The position numbers were made by a program, and so were the translations under genes. The notes below the pieces were generated by a model. It was not told where the DNA came from and did not search any database. It saw nothing but the letters and a program-made list of their open reading frames with translations. From NCBI GenBank assembly GCA_964651385.1, contig CAZYYM010000001.1, positions 8,688-72,687 on the forward strand: a stretch of DNA of 64,000 nucleotides, in the 5' to 3' direction. Source of the DNA: an uncultured Gammaproteobacteria bacterium. Lineage in GTDB: Bacteria; Pseudomonadota; Gammaproteobacteria; GCA-001735895. Of the stretch, positions 9,387 through 19,557 are shown piece by piece (within the stretch, counting starts at the first letter, position 1; each line of letters begins with the position of its first letter).

Positions 9387-10433
9387 ATGATTAAATTTTC
9401 ACAAGCGCCGAAATCCCTGTGTATTTTCAGGCTGTCGGCGATTGGCGATGTCACCCATATTCTACCGGTTATTCACACGTTGAAGAAGGTTTGGCCGCAA
9501 ACGGAAATAACCTGGATTATAGGTAAACTCGAATATCAACTGGTGAAATCATTGCCGGGTATCGAATTCATTGAATTTGGTAAGTCGGATGGCCTTAAGG
9601 CCTATAGTCAATTACGCAATCAGTTAAAGGGCCGAAAATTTGACGTTTTGCTGATGATGCAAGTCGCCTTGCGAGCAAGCATAGCCAGTCTGTTGATACC
9701 CGCTAGATATAAACTAGGCTTTGATCGACAACGAGCCGCTGACTTTCAGTGGTTATTTTCGAATTACCGAATCAGCGGCGATTATCGAGTGCACGTGCTC
9801 GAAGGTTTTTTTCAGTTTCTTCGAACAATGGGGATCGAAAAGCACCTGTACGATTGGAATTTACCGATATCACCGGAGGATATTAACCATATCGAAAAAA
9901 TGCATCTCAATTCACCTTATGTGGTGATCAATCCCTGTAGCAGTGCGCGGCGAAATAACTGGAGAAACTGGCCTGCGGCACGTTACGCAGAAATTATTGA
10001 TTATTTGAGTTCAAAGAATTTCCAGATCGTTCTGAGCGGCGGGACTTCTCGGCAGGAGGTAAAATTTGGTCAATCGATATCCAGTCAATGCCAGTCAAAG
10101 GTAGTCGACCTGATAGGGCTAACTTCTCTCGGCGAGTTACTGGTTTTGTTACAGAATGCCAGCTTTGTGATTGCACCCGATACCGGCCCGGCACATATGG
10201 CGACTATCGTGGATACACCGGTTATCGGCCTTTTTGCCAGTAGTAATCCGCTACGCACGGGGCCCTATAAAAGTCAGCAAATACTGGTGAACCGATACGA
10301 GGATGCCTTGCGTCAGTATAATCATAAAAACCTCGAAGAAGCGACCTGGGGTGAAAGAGTTCGAAATCCTGGAGTAATGAACCTGATTAGCGTTGATGAT
10401 GTAGTACAGAACATCGACAAATTACTCTCCTAA
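9387..10433 (+). CDS. Glycosyltransferase family 9 protein (LPS heptosyltransferase-like)
   Basis: 348 aa. The N-terminal RLSAIGDVTHILPV and C-terminal APDTGPAHMA motifs are typical of the WaaC/WaaF/GT9 family. Confidence 0.8.
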   Translation: MIKFSQAPKSLCIFRLSAIGDVTHILPVIHTLKKVWPQTEITWIIGKLEYQLVKSLPGIEFIEFGKSDGLKAYSQLRNQLKGRKFDVLLMMQVALRASIASLLIPARYKLGFDRQRAADFQWLFSNYRISGDYRVHVLEGFFQFLRTMGIEKHLYDWNLPISPEDINHIEKMHLNSPYVVINPCSSARRNNWRNWPAARYAEIIDYLSSKNFQIVLSGGTSRQEVKFGQSISSQCQSKVVDLIGLTSLGELLVLLQNASFVIAPDTGPAHMATIVDTPVIGLFASSNPLRTGPYKSQQILVNRYEDALRQYNHKNLEEATWGERVRNPGVMNLISVDDVVQNIDKLLS

Positions 10434-10463
10434 ACTCCAGACTACAGGCTGGAATATTTCTAT

Positions 10464-11735
10464 ATGCTTCAATTTAGTCGATTTATTAATTTTGCAGCAC
10501 TGCTTTTACTGCCTATTTCCATGGTAGTCATTAATAACGTGGGCGGGCTCGTTTTTGTTATTCTGTTAGCAACCGGGTTAATTATTATTATCCGCGGAGG
10601 AATGAATGAGGTTAGCTTTAGCGCTAAAGAGCTGGCCTTTTTTTTCTCACTAACGCTAATTGTTGTTACCGGGGCAATATCTGCAATGGTCAACGGCGTG
10701 GAGCTGGGCAAAATTGACCGCCTGATAATTTTACCCTGTGCTATCCCGATTTATGTTTTATTTAAGCGCTATCCAGTGAGTGAAGCTGCTTTGTGGATCG
10801 GGGCAGCTTCAGGCGCAATTATCGCCGCCATTGTGGCCATAATCGAAATTCTATTTTCCGCAGTTGAAATACGAGTAGGCGGCTCCACTAATCCTATTAT
10901 GTTTGGAGATATTTCACTGGTCATGGGATTTATATCTCTCGCGGGCATGAGTTGGTTTTTCAAATTTAATCGGTATTTTTGTATTATTCCTCTGCTGGCT
11001 TTTATCTCCGGCGTACTGGCAAGTATATTATCATTGTCTCGAGGAGGCTGGCTGGCAATTCCTATAGTTTGTTTTTTGTTTTTTTCTTTTGCTTCGAAGC
11101 GACTTGGCTTTAAACAAGTACTGCCATTATTAGCCATATTATTTGTCATCATTGGCTCAAGCATCTATGCACCGGGGCTCGATGTTAAAGACAAGGTGTT
11201 CAATAGAATTGAAAATACCGCGACCAATATATCCGGTTACCTCGAAAGCACATCGATTGACGACCCTTATCGATCCACTTCGGTAGGGCAGCGACTCGAA
11301 ATGTGGAGAACGGCCTGGTTCATCTTTAAGGAAAATCCACTACTTGGTGTCGGTTGGGGCAGCTATAACGAGCACGCCAAAAAGTATGTTGATGACAAAA
11401 TGGTTATCCCCGAGGTGGCTGATTATCCACATCCTCACAGCCAGTATTTGTCCGCTTTGGCAAAAGGCGGAGTGGCCGGTATTATTTCGCTTGCGGTTTT
11501 ATTCGGTACATCAACCTTATTTTTCTTTAGCGGGTTAGTTGCCCCGGCTTCGCATCAAAAATTGATCCGAATTTCCCTCGCAGGATTCATATTTACGTTT
11601 AGTTTTATTATTTTTGGACTGACTGAAGCCGTCTTAGAAAGATCCAGAATAATGATATTTTTTTCCTTTTACCTATGTATATTTATGGTTTTTTTTATGT
11701 CCGAAGAAACACCTGTTGACTCTTCTAAGAATTAA
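10464..11735 (+). CDS. O-antigen ligase family (WaaL/Wzy_C) polytopic membrane protein
   Basis: 423 aa with about 10-12 hydrophobic segments. It has the LSLSRGGWLA motif and a periplasmic loop with HPHSQYLSALAKGG, typical of O-antigen ligases. Confidence 0.8.
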   Translation: MLQFSRFINFAALLLLPISMVVINNVGGLVFVILLATGLIIIIRGGMNEVSFSAKELAFFFSLTLIVVTGAISAMVNGVELGKIDRLIILPCAIPIYVLFKRYPVSEAALWIGAASGAIIAAIVAIIEILFSAVEIRVGGSTNPIMFGDISLVMGFISLAGMSWFFKFNRYFCIIPLLAFISGVLASILSLSRGGWLAIPIVCFLFFSFASKRLGFKQVLPLLAILFVIIGSSIYAPGLDVKDKVFNRIENTATNISGYLESTSIDDPYRSTSVGQRLEMWRTAWFIFKENPLLGVGWGSYNEHAKKYVDDKMVIPEVADYPHPHSQYLSALAKGGVAGIISLAVLFGTSTLFFFSGLVAPASHQKLIRISLAGFIFTFSFIIFGLTEAVLERSRIMIFFSFYLCIFMVFFMSEETPVDSSKN

Positions 11736-11781
11736 ATTGCTATCGATATGTCGGGAATGCTTCTAACCATGGAATCGTTTA

Positions 11782-12831
11782 TTACCGCTTCCAGTACCCT
11801 AATTTTTTTCGAAACTTTATGTTTTTTATTACATTTAAGGGTTTTTCCTTTTTAAGTGGCATTTCTCCAGAAAGAATCGATTCAATAGCTTTTATAACCC
11901 GTGCCGATGATTCCCCATCGGTATAAGGATGTGTAATTTCGTTATATTTCTGGATATTTAACATTAGTTTCTGAGGTCGGGAAATCGCAATGCCGATAGA
12001 TTTCTCGAGGTCTATCGCATTATTTATATGTATTAAATAGTTATCGGGATTAATATTATTGACCGATATGACTGGTTTATTCTGGACGATGAACATAGTG
12101 ATAGCCGACGATGTATCTCCAACCATAATATCCGATTCCTGCAATATCGGAATCATGTTGTCTGTTTCTCTATAGATTAAATTCTCATTTTGAATCGATT
12201 TATACCGGTCAATGGTTTCAACCTTCGACTTTGGGTGTAATGAGACTATCCATTTCCATCGATTGGTCCGACTTAATCGTTTGACTTCTGGAAATAAATA
12301 CGCCGCCTGAGTCAATTTTCTGGTAAAGGTAGACCCCAGAAATATGACAGGTTGCCTGCTTTCTCGAGTGAATGCTTTTTCTTTAAATAAGGGATCAAGT
12401 GCCGGCCATCCTGTTTCAATTACATTAAAGTAATTATATTGTTCCTTTAGCTTCTTGAATGGTTGGGTAGTGCTGGGGCCCTGGGTGCAATATAAATCAT
12501 AGCAGCCACGAATTTTAAAGTGGTCATTGTTGCCTCTACTATCAAGCTTTCCGGCATCAAAACCATGGAATACACAGACCTTAAGTCCGGGTATGAATGT
12601 CGGAATATTGTTTGCCGTGCCAATAACGATATCAGGTGCATAAATATTTATTTGGTCGATCGTATCAACTACTTTTTCAGCCAGTGTAAAATAATTGCGG
12701 TTAACTGCCTTGCCTTCTACAAACCAGAAAACCTCGTCTCCGCTGGCTATTACTTTTTCCTGTAAAGGCCTTAAAATTGCAAAGCTATAATCCTGAGATA
12801 TGTAGAACAGGTATTTTTTAGACTGCTTCAC
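11782..12831 (-). CDS. Putative CDP-glycerol glycerophosphotransferase (TagB/TagF-like)
   Basis: 349 aa with a GTG start. The motif pattern is TGWPALDPLF, VIFLGSTFT, SLHPKS and MVGDTSSAITMFIVQNKPVI. This resembles the Glyphos_transf consensus (GyPRxD, YAPTfR, HP, DySS...kPii). The call is from memory only. Confidence 0.55.
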   Translation of the reverse strand: MKQSKKYLFYISQDYSFAILRPLQEKVIASGDEVFWFVEGKAVNRNYFTLAEKVVDTIDQINIYAPDIVIGTANNIPTFIPGLKVCVFHGFDAGKLDSRGNNDHFKIRGCYDLYCTQGPSTTQPFKKLKEQYNYFNVIETGWPALDPLFKEKAFTRESRQPVIFLGSTFTRKLTQAAYLFPEVKRLSRTNRWKWIVSLHPKSKVETIDRYKSIQNENLIYRETDNMIPILQESDIMVGDTSSAITMFIVQNKPVISVNNINPDNYLIHINNAIDLEKSIGIAISRPQKLMLNIQKYNEITHPYTDGESSARVIKAIESILSGEMPLKKEKPLNVIKNIKFRKKLGYWKR

Positions 12832-12840
12832 AGTAACATC

Positions 12841-13023
12841 CTATGCTTCACCGCCGGTAGGTAACGCTCGCTCGTATTCTTTCCTGGAATGATGGCAGCT
12901 ATTGAATCGATCTATCATGTATTTTTCTAAATATTCGGGGTGTAAGGATAGGGTGAAATAATATTCGGTTAATCTATTCAACTCTTCGGGATTAATTTTA
13001 CATGAGTCTTTATAATCAGCCAA
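12841..13023 (-). CDS. Small hypothetical protein (60 aa)
   Basis: TTG-start ORF that ends 9 nt before the TagF-like start. It has no recognisable family and could be spurious. Confidence 0.25.
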   Translation of the reverse strand: MADYKDSCKINPEELNRLTEYYFTLSLHPEYLEKYMIDRFNSCHHSRKEYERALPTGGEA

Positions 13024-13100
13024 AAATTACCTTATTTGGCCTTGACAGGTAAAACAGAGAAGGGAGCATTTTAACCCTATCAACCACCCGTTAGTTAGTT

Positions 13101-14234
13101 ATGAAATTTTTAATACTGCAGACACACGACATTGGTGACGTCTTAATCTCCACAGCCCTTTGCGATGCGTTGAAACTCGCTTATCCACAGGCCGAGATCG
13201 ATTTTTTTAGTGAAGATCGCTGCGCCGGCGTTGTAGAAGGAAATCCAAATGTCAATGAAATCATCCTGCTCAATAAGAGTCGGCGGAACAGCCTCCGCTA
13301 CGTACTGGGCTTACTCAAATATGTCCGCTCAAAAAAATATGACTGTATTCTCAATGTACAGGGTCAGGCAGTCGGGTTGTTAATTTGCCTGTTTTCGAGA
13401 TCATCTCGCAGAATTGGATATAACAAATTACCCTGGCGTCTTGCCCATACCGATAATGTAGATCTACCCTGGTGGCTGATGGCAAAAACTGGCCATACGG
13501 ACTATCCGGCATCACAAAATAAATCAGGACTCGGTCATACCATCGACCGTCGGTTTAATTTCTTGTCGCTATTGTCAAAAGACATCAAAAGCCAGCCTTT
13601 TAAACTTTGGCTAAGTGAATCAGAACTGGCAGCCGGCAAAGATATCCTGATATCAGCAGGCTTGGATACAGGCAAGCCGATTATTGCCTTTGGCATCAAT
13701 GCCCAGCACAGCTTCAAACGCTGGCCGATTGAACATTTCGCCGAAATCGCGTCCTGGCTTATAACGCGATATAACGTTCAGTTATATGTCTATTTCGGGC
13801 CCGGGGAGGCAGCCTATACCAAAAAATTAAAATATCTTTTGCCCGAAACGAAGCACCATTTGATTTTCGACGATGTTCGGACAAAAAGCATCCGCGAACT
13901 GGCCCAGGTATTACACCACTGCACCCTGTATGTCGGTAACGAAACGGGTCCCAGGCATATCGCGCAGGCATTAAATGTTCCCGCTTTTGCGGTAGTATCT
14001 CCGTCGAGTAACCGATGGGGCTGGATACCCTGGGATAATCCACATTACCGGGCAGTTGATACAGGAGATGCTCTGGGCATATCGAATACCGAGTGGCTTG
14101 CTATTCGCGGCAAGTTAAGCAAAGGTGTAAATGATGCGGAATGGTTTGAGCGAATAAAACCGGATTTTGTAGTCGTGCGATTGAGCGCGATGATTGACGA
14201 ACTGGCGCTATTCGAGAGAGTTGACGGTAACTAG
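13101..14234 (+). CDS. Glycosyltransferase family 9 protein (second heptosyltransferase-like gene)
   Basis: 377 aa. It has the N-terminal LQTHDIGDVLISTAL and C-terminal GNETGPRHIAQAL GT9 motifs. Confidence 0.75.
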   Translation: MKFLILQTHDIGDVLISTALCDALKLAYPQAEIDFFSEDRCAGVVEGNPNVNEIILLNKSRRNSLRYVLGLLKYVRSKKYDCILNVQGQAVGLLICLFSRSSRRIGYNKLPWRLAHTDNVDLPWWLMAKTGHTDYPASQNKSGLGHTIDRRFNFLSLLSKDIKSQPFKLWLSESELAAGKDILISAGLDTGKPIIAFGINAQHSFKRWPIEHFAEIASWLITRYNVQLYVYFGPGEAAYTKKLKYLLPETKHHLIFDDVRTKSIRELAQVLHHCTLYVGNETGPRHIAQALNVPAFAVVSPSSNRWGWIPWDNPHYRAVDTGDALGISNTEWLAIRGKLSKGVNDAEWFERIKPDFVVVRLSAMIDELALFERVDGN

Positions 14235-14237
14235 CAG

Positions 14238-15173
14238 TCAATTCAAGTTATCCATGTATTCCGGCACCGCTTCTTCAACCATCTTGAATGGATGGGTGTA
14301 ACCTGCCGATCGTAATCTCATTATATCGGCCTCTGTGAAACTTTGATAAGCCCCTTTCAATGCGTCAGGAAAGGGGATGTATTCGATCACCCCTTTTTGG
14401 TGGTATTCAATCACCGCGTTCGCAACATCATTAAATGTCCGGCTTTGGCCCGTTCCGCAGTTGAATATATCACTAATACCCGGATTCTCCCACAGCCACA
14501 AATTAACATTTACGACATCCTCGATGTACACAAAATCACGTTGCTGACCACCATCCGGGTATCCGTCATAACCGTCAAACAATCGGCACCGGCCGGTCTC
14601 TTTTATCTGGTTATTGAAATGAAAGGCAACGCTGGCCATCCCACCCTTATGTTGCTCCCGTGGGCCATACACATTGAAATAACGCAAGCCTGCCACCTGG
14701 GATTGAGTATCACCCAGTCGACGGACATACTGATCAAATAAAAATTTAGAATAGGCGTAGACATTCAGAGGCTTTTCGGACGATACATCCTCCACAAAAA
14801 CATTACTTCCACCATAAACTGAGGCCGAAGAAGCATAGATATACTGGGTACTATTCTTCAAACAGAAGTGGAGCAGTTTTTTTGAGAATTCATAATTATT
14901 TTCCATCATAAAACGTCCATCCCATTCCGTCGTCTCGGAACAGGCACCCTGATGGAAAATGACATCAATCTTACCGTTGTACTCGCCATTTTGAATGGCA
15001 GTTAGAAACCGATCCTTGTCCACATAATCCATGATATTACAATCGGCTAGATTAAATATCTTTTTACCGTCGGTGAGGTCATCGACCGCGAGTACATCAC
15101 TATGCCCACGATCATTCAGCGCCTTAACAATATTGCTACCAATAAATCCGGCTGCGCCGGTGACCACGATCAT
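14238..15173 (-). CDS. hldD: ADP-L-glycero-D-manno-heptose 6-epimerase
   Basis: I trimmed ORF 14238..15221 to the ATG at 15173, giving [14 protein letters not shown] (Rossmann fold). The YAYSK catalytic motif is present. The start lies 2 nt after the hldE stop. Confidence 0.9.
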   Translation of the reverse strand: MIVVTGAAGFIGSNIVKALNDRGHSDVLAVDDLTDGKKIFNLADCNIMDYVDKDRFLTAIQNGEYNGKIDVIFHQGACSETTEWDGRFMMENNYEFSKKLLHFCLKNSTQYIYASSASVYGGSNVFVEDVSSEKPLNVYAYSKFLFDQYVRRLGDTQSQVAGLRYFNVYGPREQHKGGMASVAFHFNNQIKETGRCRLFDGYDGYPDGGQQRDFVYIEDVVNVNLWLWENPGISDIFNCGTGQSRTFNDVANAVIEYHQKGVIEYIPFPDALKGAYQSFTEADIMRLRSAGYTHPFKMVEEAVPEYMDNLN

Positions 15174-15175
15174 AG

Positions 15176-16603
15176 CTAAACCTTTTTCCTGATGGAGTTT
15201 ATAACGGCGGTTGTCGAACAACCATCGACGAAATCCAGAATCTGCACGTCCCCACCGTTTTTTATTACCGCCTGACTGCCTGCAATTTGATCGATCCGGT
15301 AATCACCTCCTTTAACCAGTATATCCGGTAAGCAGGCCTCGATCAGTCGCTCTGGGGTATCTTCAGCGAAGGAAACCACCCAGTCTATACTTTCCAGTGC
15401 AGATAACACCGCCATGCGTTGCATGACGTCATTGATTGGACGTTCGGGTCCCTTCAGGCGTTTAACCGAAACATCTGAATTAACCGCAACAATCAGGCGA
15501 TCACCGAGCTCGGCGGCCTGCGCCAGGTAGGCCACATGACCTGTATGTAAAATATCAAAGCAGCCGTTTGTCATGACAATTTTCTCGCCTGCCGCCTTAG
15601 CCTCTCTGATCGATTCAACTAACCTGGTTTCATCAATAACCCCTCTTTTTAAAGGTGTATGTCGTAACATTTCAGCCTGTATGCCCTTGATACTGGCGGT
15701 TGCAGTGCCCATTATTCCTACTACAATTCCAGCACACAGGTTAGCCAGCTGGGTTGCTTCGACAAGGCTACATCCAGCCGCCAGTGACGTCGCCAGTGTA
15801 CCAATTACCGTATCGCCAGCGCCTGTAACATCGTAAACTTCCCGTGCGCGTGTTGCCTGGACAAACGGTTCCTCACCTCGCTGAAACAAAACCATACCTT
15901 TTTCGCTTCGGGTCACAACCAGAGCATCCAGATTTAACTCACTGCGAAGCTGCTCACCTTTTGTCATGAAAACAGATTCGGACCCGCAGACACCGACGAC
16001 ATTTTCAAACTCTGCCTGATTGGGTGTTATTAAACTGGCATTCTGATAGATCGAGAAATCACTACCCTTGGGGTCTGCCAATACTCGTTTTCCGGCTTGC
16101 CGTGCGATCTGTATCATTTCTGGCGCATCGCAAAGCGAGCCCTTTCCATAATCGGATAATACGACGACATCACAGCCCTCTAACAACCGTTGAAAATTAG
16201 CAACCATCTGTTCACTGTCGGCCTGCGAAAATTCGTCTTCAAAATCAAGCCGAATCAATTGTTGATTGCGACTCATGACACGTAACTTGGTTATAGTATT
16301 GCGGCCTTGCAGGTTGGTTAAATGGCACTTCACACTAGCGTCGGATAATACGTTTTCCACTATAGATGCCGGTTCGTCTGTACCCACCAATGCCTGTAAA
16401 TTTACCAAGCCACCTAATGCTGCAATATTCAACGCTACGTTGCCGGCACCACCGGCGCGATGTTCTATCGCGTCGACTTTTACTACCGGAACCGGGGCTT
16501 CGGGAGAAATTCGAGAGGTTCCTCCGTGCCAGTACTGATCCAGCATCAGGTCACCTACCACAAGCACCTGACCGCTTTTAAAATCAGGGAGTTGTATTTT
16601 CAT
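15176..16603 (-). CDS. hldE: Bifunctional D-beta-D-heptose 7-phosphate kinase / D-beta-D-heptose 1-phosphate adenylyltransferase
   Basis: 475 aa. An N-terminal ribokinase-like domain carries [10 protein letters not shown]-terminal cytidylyltransferase-like domain carries [12 protein letters not shown]. Confidence 0.9.
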   Translation of the reverse strand: MKIQLPDFKSGQVLVVGDLMLDQYWHGGTSRISPEAPVPVVKVDAIEHRAGGAGNVALNIAALGGLVNLQALVGTDEPASIVENVLSDASVKCHLTNLQGRNTITKLRVMSRNQQLIRLDFEDEFSQADSEQMVANFQRLLEGCDVVVLSDYGKGSLCDAPEMIQIARQAGKRVLADPKGSDFSIYQNASLITPNQAEFENVVGVCGSESVFMTKGEQLRSELNLDALVVTRSEKGMVLFQRGEEPFVQATRAREVYDVTGAGDTVIGTLATSLAAGCSLVEATQLANLCAGIVVGIMGTATASIKGIQAEMLRHTPLKRGVIDETRLVESIREAKAAGEKIVMTNGCFDILHTGHVAYLAQAAELGDRLIVAVNSDVSVKRLKGPERPINDVMQRMAVLSALESIDWVVSFAEDTPERLIEACLPDILVKGGDYRIDQIAGSQAVIKNGGDVQILDFVDGCSTTAVINSIRKKV

Positions 16604-16732
16604 ATCCGTTCTTCAGGTGATCTAACCAGAATTTGAAATCGTAGCTCATGACCGTGTATTTAACCATATATTTCCAACAGCTAGCCCTTATCTCCGCCAG
16701 ATACAGCGGTATTTTAAGATTGGCGAAAATCA

Positions 16733-17545
16733 TTAACCTGTTGTCATGCGCTTATGGTGGAAATTAACACTTTGATTGTTACCCACAATAAATGCCTTGA
16801 CAGAATGAATCGACAGCAGCTCATCCACCAGGTCTTCATCAACCGGCACATGGTAAAGAAACACTGGAATTCTCCCTAATCGTTTGCGACTTTTTTTTCC
16901 GTACACCGGATTACCTAACTCTCCATACTCCATCCCCATAACAGTATGATTTCCGAAATAATAAAACATTTTATATATGCTAATCATGAAACCTGCGAAC
17001 AAACAATTATCGGTAGCTGGGTGTGTATCAAAAATAGTGTGAAATCCGGCACGGCGAAACACGATTAAATTGGTTGGAGCTTCTCCTTCCACATAAATAC
17101 GTTGGTGGAGATTATTTCGCTTTGATATGGCTTTGAGACGTTGTACTGCAGCCGTTACCTCAGCGCCTTTCAAACGGCGTAGTTTTTTAAAATCAAGCCA
17201 AAAATAATGATCGTCTCCCAGGGCTTCAAACAACTCGCTTAAAGGCAATATTTTCCCATTTTTCAATTCATAAGGGTAATTGTGAGAAACAATGTAATCA
17301 TTCATCTTTACATCGTAAAAAACATCAACCTCTACACCCAAGGCGCCCTCGGAAAACGCATGTCCGATACTTTGAATCGAGTTTTCGTCGACACCATCGC
17401 CATAAATCCCCCTCGCGCTCCAGATTTTGCGATTATCATCGTAGCCAGCAGAAAAAGTAGTTCTTGCCAACCGGTAATCGATATATCGGCCAACCATTAG
17501 AAAACAAACTGCACTGGTTAATAAAATATAAAAGATTATTTCCAC
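16733..17545 (-). CDS. Membrane-anchored glycerophosphodiester phosphodiesterase-like (PI-PLC-like superfamily) protein
   Basis: 270 aa with an N-terminal TM segment. The pattern SARG..DENS...GALGVEVDV....IVSHN parallels the GDPD consensus HRG..ENT...G...E.D....HD. The first His and the final Asp of that consensus are substituted. Confidence 0.5.
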   Translation of the reverse strand: MEIIFYILLTSAVCFLMVGRYIDYRLARTTFSAGYDDNRKIWSARGIYGDGVDENSIQSIGHAFSEGALGVEVDVFYDVKMNDYIVSHNYPYELKNGKILPLSELFEALGDDHYFWLDFKKLRRLKGAEVTAAVQRLKAISKRNNLHQRIYVEGEAPTNLIVFRRAGFHTIFDTHPATDNCLFAGFMISIYKMFYYFGNHTVMGMEYGELGNPVYGKKSRKRLGRIPVFLYHVPVDEDLVDELLSIHSVKAFIVGNNQSVNFHHKRMTTG

Positions 17546-17591
17546 TATCTGGTTTAATCCCTTTCAGATTTATCGGGGTCGACTGGCCTGG

Positions 17592-19523
17592 TTACTGCGA
17601 CAGGTATTTTTGCTGGCGATAAGCAAACATAGGCCACAGAGCATGCGCTTTTGCCTCCTCGGCAAAATTTGATATGACGCTCGTTTCGATCAATACCTTA
17701 TCGCGATATTTAAACTGTTTCGCCCCTTTCCTGGGCATATGCACGACGACGTCATTACCGGCCATATAGGCGTGAGTATCGTCATATTGCATCATGGCGC
17801 GTCCCCGAAACTGCTCGGGTAGCGTCATAAGATTGTGCCCGATAATTGGATGAGAACTGCTAATGCCCATTAATCCCAACAGCGTGGGCACCAGATCAAT
17901 TTGACTGGCTATTCGAGTGTAGTTTAACGGTTCAATATCAGGACCAAGGATAAGACCTGGAATGTGAAACTTATCGATGGGTACGAGTGATGCGCCAAAC
18001 ACGCGGGTATCGTGATCCGCTACTATCAGAAAATAGGTATTATCCCAATAAGGCTGATTACGCGCCTTATCGAAAAACTGTCCGAGTGAAAAATCCGCAT
18101 ATTTAACGGCGTTATTCACCGTGTTTTTTTCGGCATCGAATAGTTCAAACTTTCCGTCGGGGAACTGAAATGGCGAGTGATTACTCGAAGTAAAAGCAAG
18201 CAGAAACCGCGGCTTATCGGTAGCTGCCATAAGTTCTTCATCCAGGCGCCCAAATAAATCTTCATCGGATACTCCCCAGGTGCCTCGAAACGATGCATTC
18301 GGAAAGTCGTTTTGATCGGTTACACGATCAAATCCATTGGCCAGAAAAAAACCTGCCATATTATCGAAGTGACTCTCCCCCCCATAAATGAACTGAGTGT
18401 CATAGTTCTGTTGTTTGAGAATACCGGCAATGGTTGGGAAATTTTGTTGTGCCAGGCCAAGCTTCAATACACTGCGCGAAGGCGATGGAGGAAAACCCGA
18501 GACTACGGCCTCTATGCCGCGCGCAGACCGGGTTCCAGTCGCATAAAGGCTAGACATCCAGAATCCCTGCTCTGAAAGTTTATCCAGTTCCGGGGTAACA
18601 CCGATACCGCCAAGTTTGGACGAAAATCCGGCGCCCATGCTTTCTTCGAGAATGATTACCAGATTTGGCAACGATTTTTTACCAATAGATTCCTGTTTAT
18701 GCCAGGTAGACAACGGATCATCGCCGAAGTGATCGAGTGGAATATGGGAACACTGACGGACAATTGCCACCATATTTGCAGTATCTATTTTACCATAGGC
18801 AACTGTATCGGACTCCTCGTTCCTCAAATTGACAATGGCCTCCAATAAACTATAGGTCGAATTCAGACCCAGTTTATTGACTAGCTGGTCATTGGTGAAA
18901 GCCGCGATACTGGCATTCGCCGGTCTATGCTGGAAACTAGAGCGCGCACCGATTAAAAGCACAATTGAAAAAATTGGCAATAGCAGCAAACGCATCCACC
19001 AGGGGAAGGGTACGATATCTGTATAAATCTGCACATTAAATTGCGCCAGATAGGTAATTAACAGGGCCAGCAAAATGGAGGCCCCGACGAAATGCCAGGG
19101 ATACTCAAGCAACGATGTTTTGACGACTTCAATTGGCGTTTCAAGGTATTCGAAAAAAAGTCGATTGGGTCGAGTATCAAACTGATCGATAAATGCGGGT
19201 GTACTGATTTCCATAAATACAATGATTACTGTAGTGATAGAAAACCAGTATTGAGATATAAGCCGGAATAAGGTGTTTAAAAATATAGTTTCCGGCAACA
19301 GCAATAACAAAACGGCCGGAATAAACCATAAGTAACAGATGATAATAATATCGAAGCGCACCCCAAAGCCAATGATCCTGATCGCATTGCTCCAGGACTG
19401 TATTCGACCGTTCTTCCATATCATGAATAGCAGGCGGGCTGTAGACAACAACATCAACAACAACAAGCTGTATCGGAAAAATGGATAAAGGGAATATTCT
19501 GAAAATAGCAAATTATCGTTCAT
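17592..19523 (-). CDS. LTA-synthase / phosphoglycerol-transferase-like sulfatase-family membrane protein
   Basis: 643 aa. About 5 N-terminal TM segments are followed by an alkaline-phosphatase-superfamily domain with NLVIILEESMGAGF and FLIVADHD motifs. Confidence 0.75.
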   Translation of the reverse strand: MNDNLLFSEYSLYPFFRYSLLLLMLLSTARLLFMIWKNGRIQSWSNAIRIIGFGVRFDIIIICYLWFIPAVLLLLLPETIFLNTLFRLISQYWFSITTVIIVFMEISTPAFIDQFDTRPNRLFFEYLETPIEVVKTSLLEYPWHFVGASILLALLITYLAQFNVQIYTDIVPFPWWMRLLLLPIFSIVLLIGARSSFQHRPANASIAAFTNDQLVNKLGLNSTYSLLEAIVNLRNEESDTVAYGKIDTANMVAIVRQCSHIPLDHFGDDPLSTWHKQESIGKKSLPNLVIILEESMGAGFSSKLGGIGVTPELDKLSEQGFWMSSLYATGTRSARGIEAVVSGFPPSPSRSVLKLGLAQQNFPTIAGILKQQNYDTQFIYGGESHFDNMAGFFLANGFDRVTDQNDFPNASFRGTWGVSDEDLFGRLDEELMAATDKPRFLLAFTSSNHSPFQFPDGKFELFDAEKNTVNNAVKYADFSLGQFFDKARNQPYWDNTYFLIVADHDTRVFGASLVPIDKFHIPGLILGPDIEPLNYTRIASQIDLVPTLLGLMGISSSHPIIGHNLMTLPEQFRGRAMMQYDDTHAYMAGNDVVVHMPRKGAKQFKYRDKVLIETSVISNFAEEAKAHALWPMFAYRQQKYLSQ

Positions 19524-19557
19524 TATTATCTGCTAAGCCGATCGAGCTACTTCGCAA

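Noticed and set aside
10636-11700. T7-T8 homopolymer tracts in the O-antigen-ligase-family gene as possible phase-variation switches
   Set aside because: The tracts are short, encode Phe runs in a hydrophobic membrane protein and sit in an AT-rich gene. Known phase-variable LPS genes use longer G/C tracts or tetranucleotide repeats.
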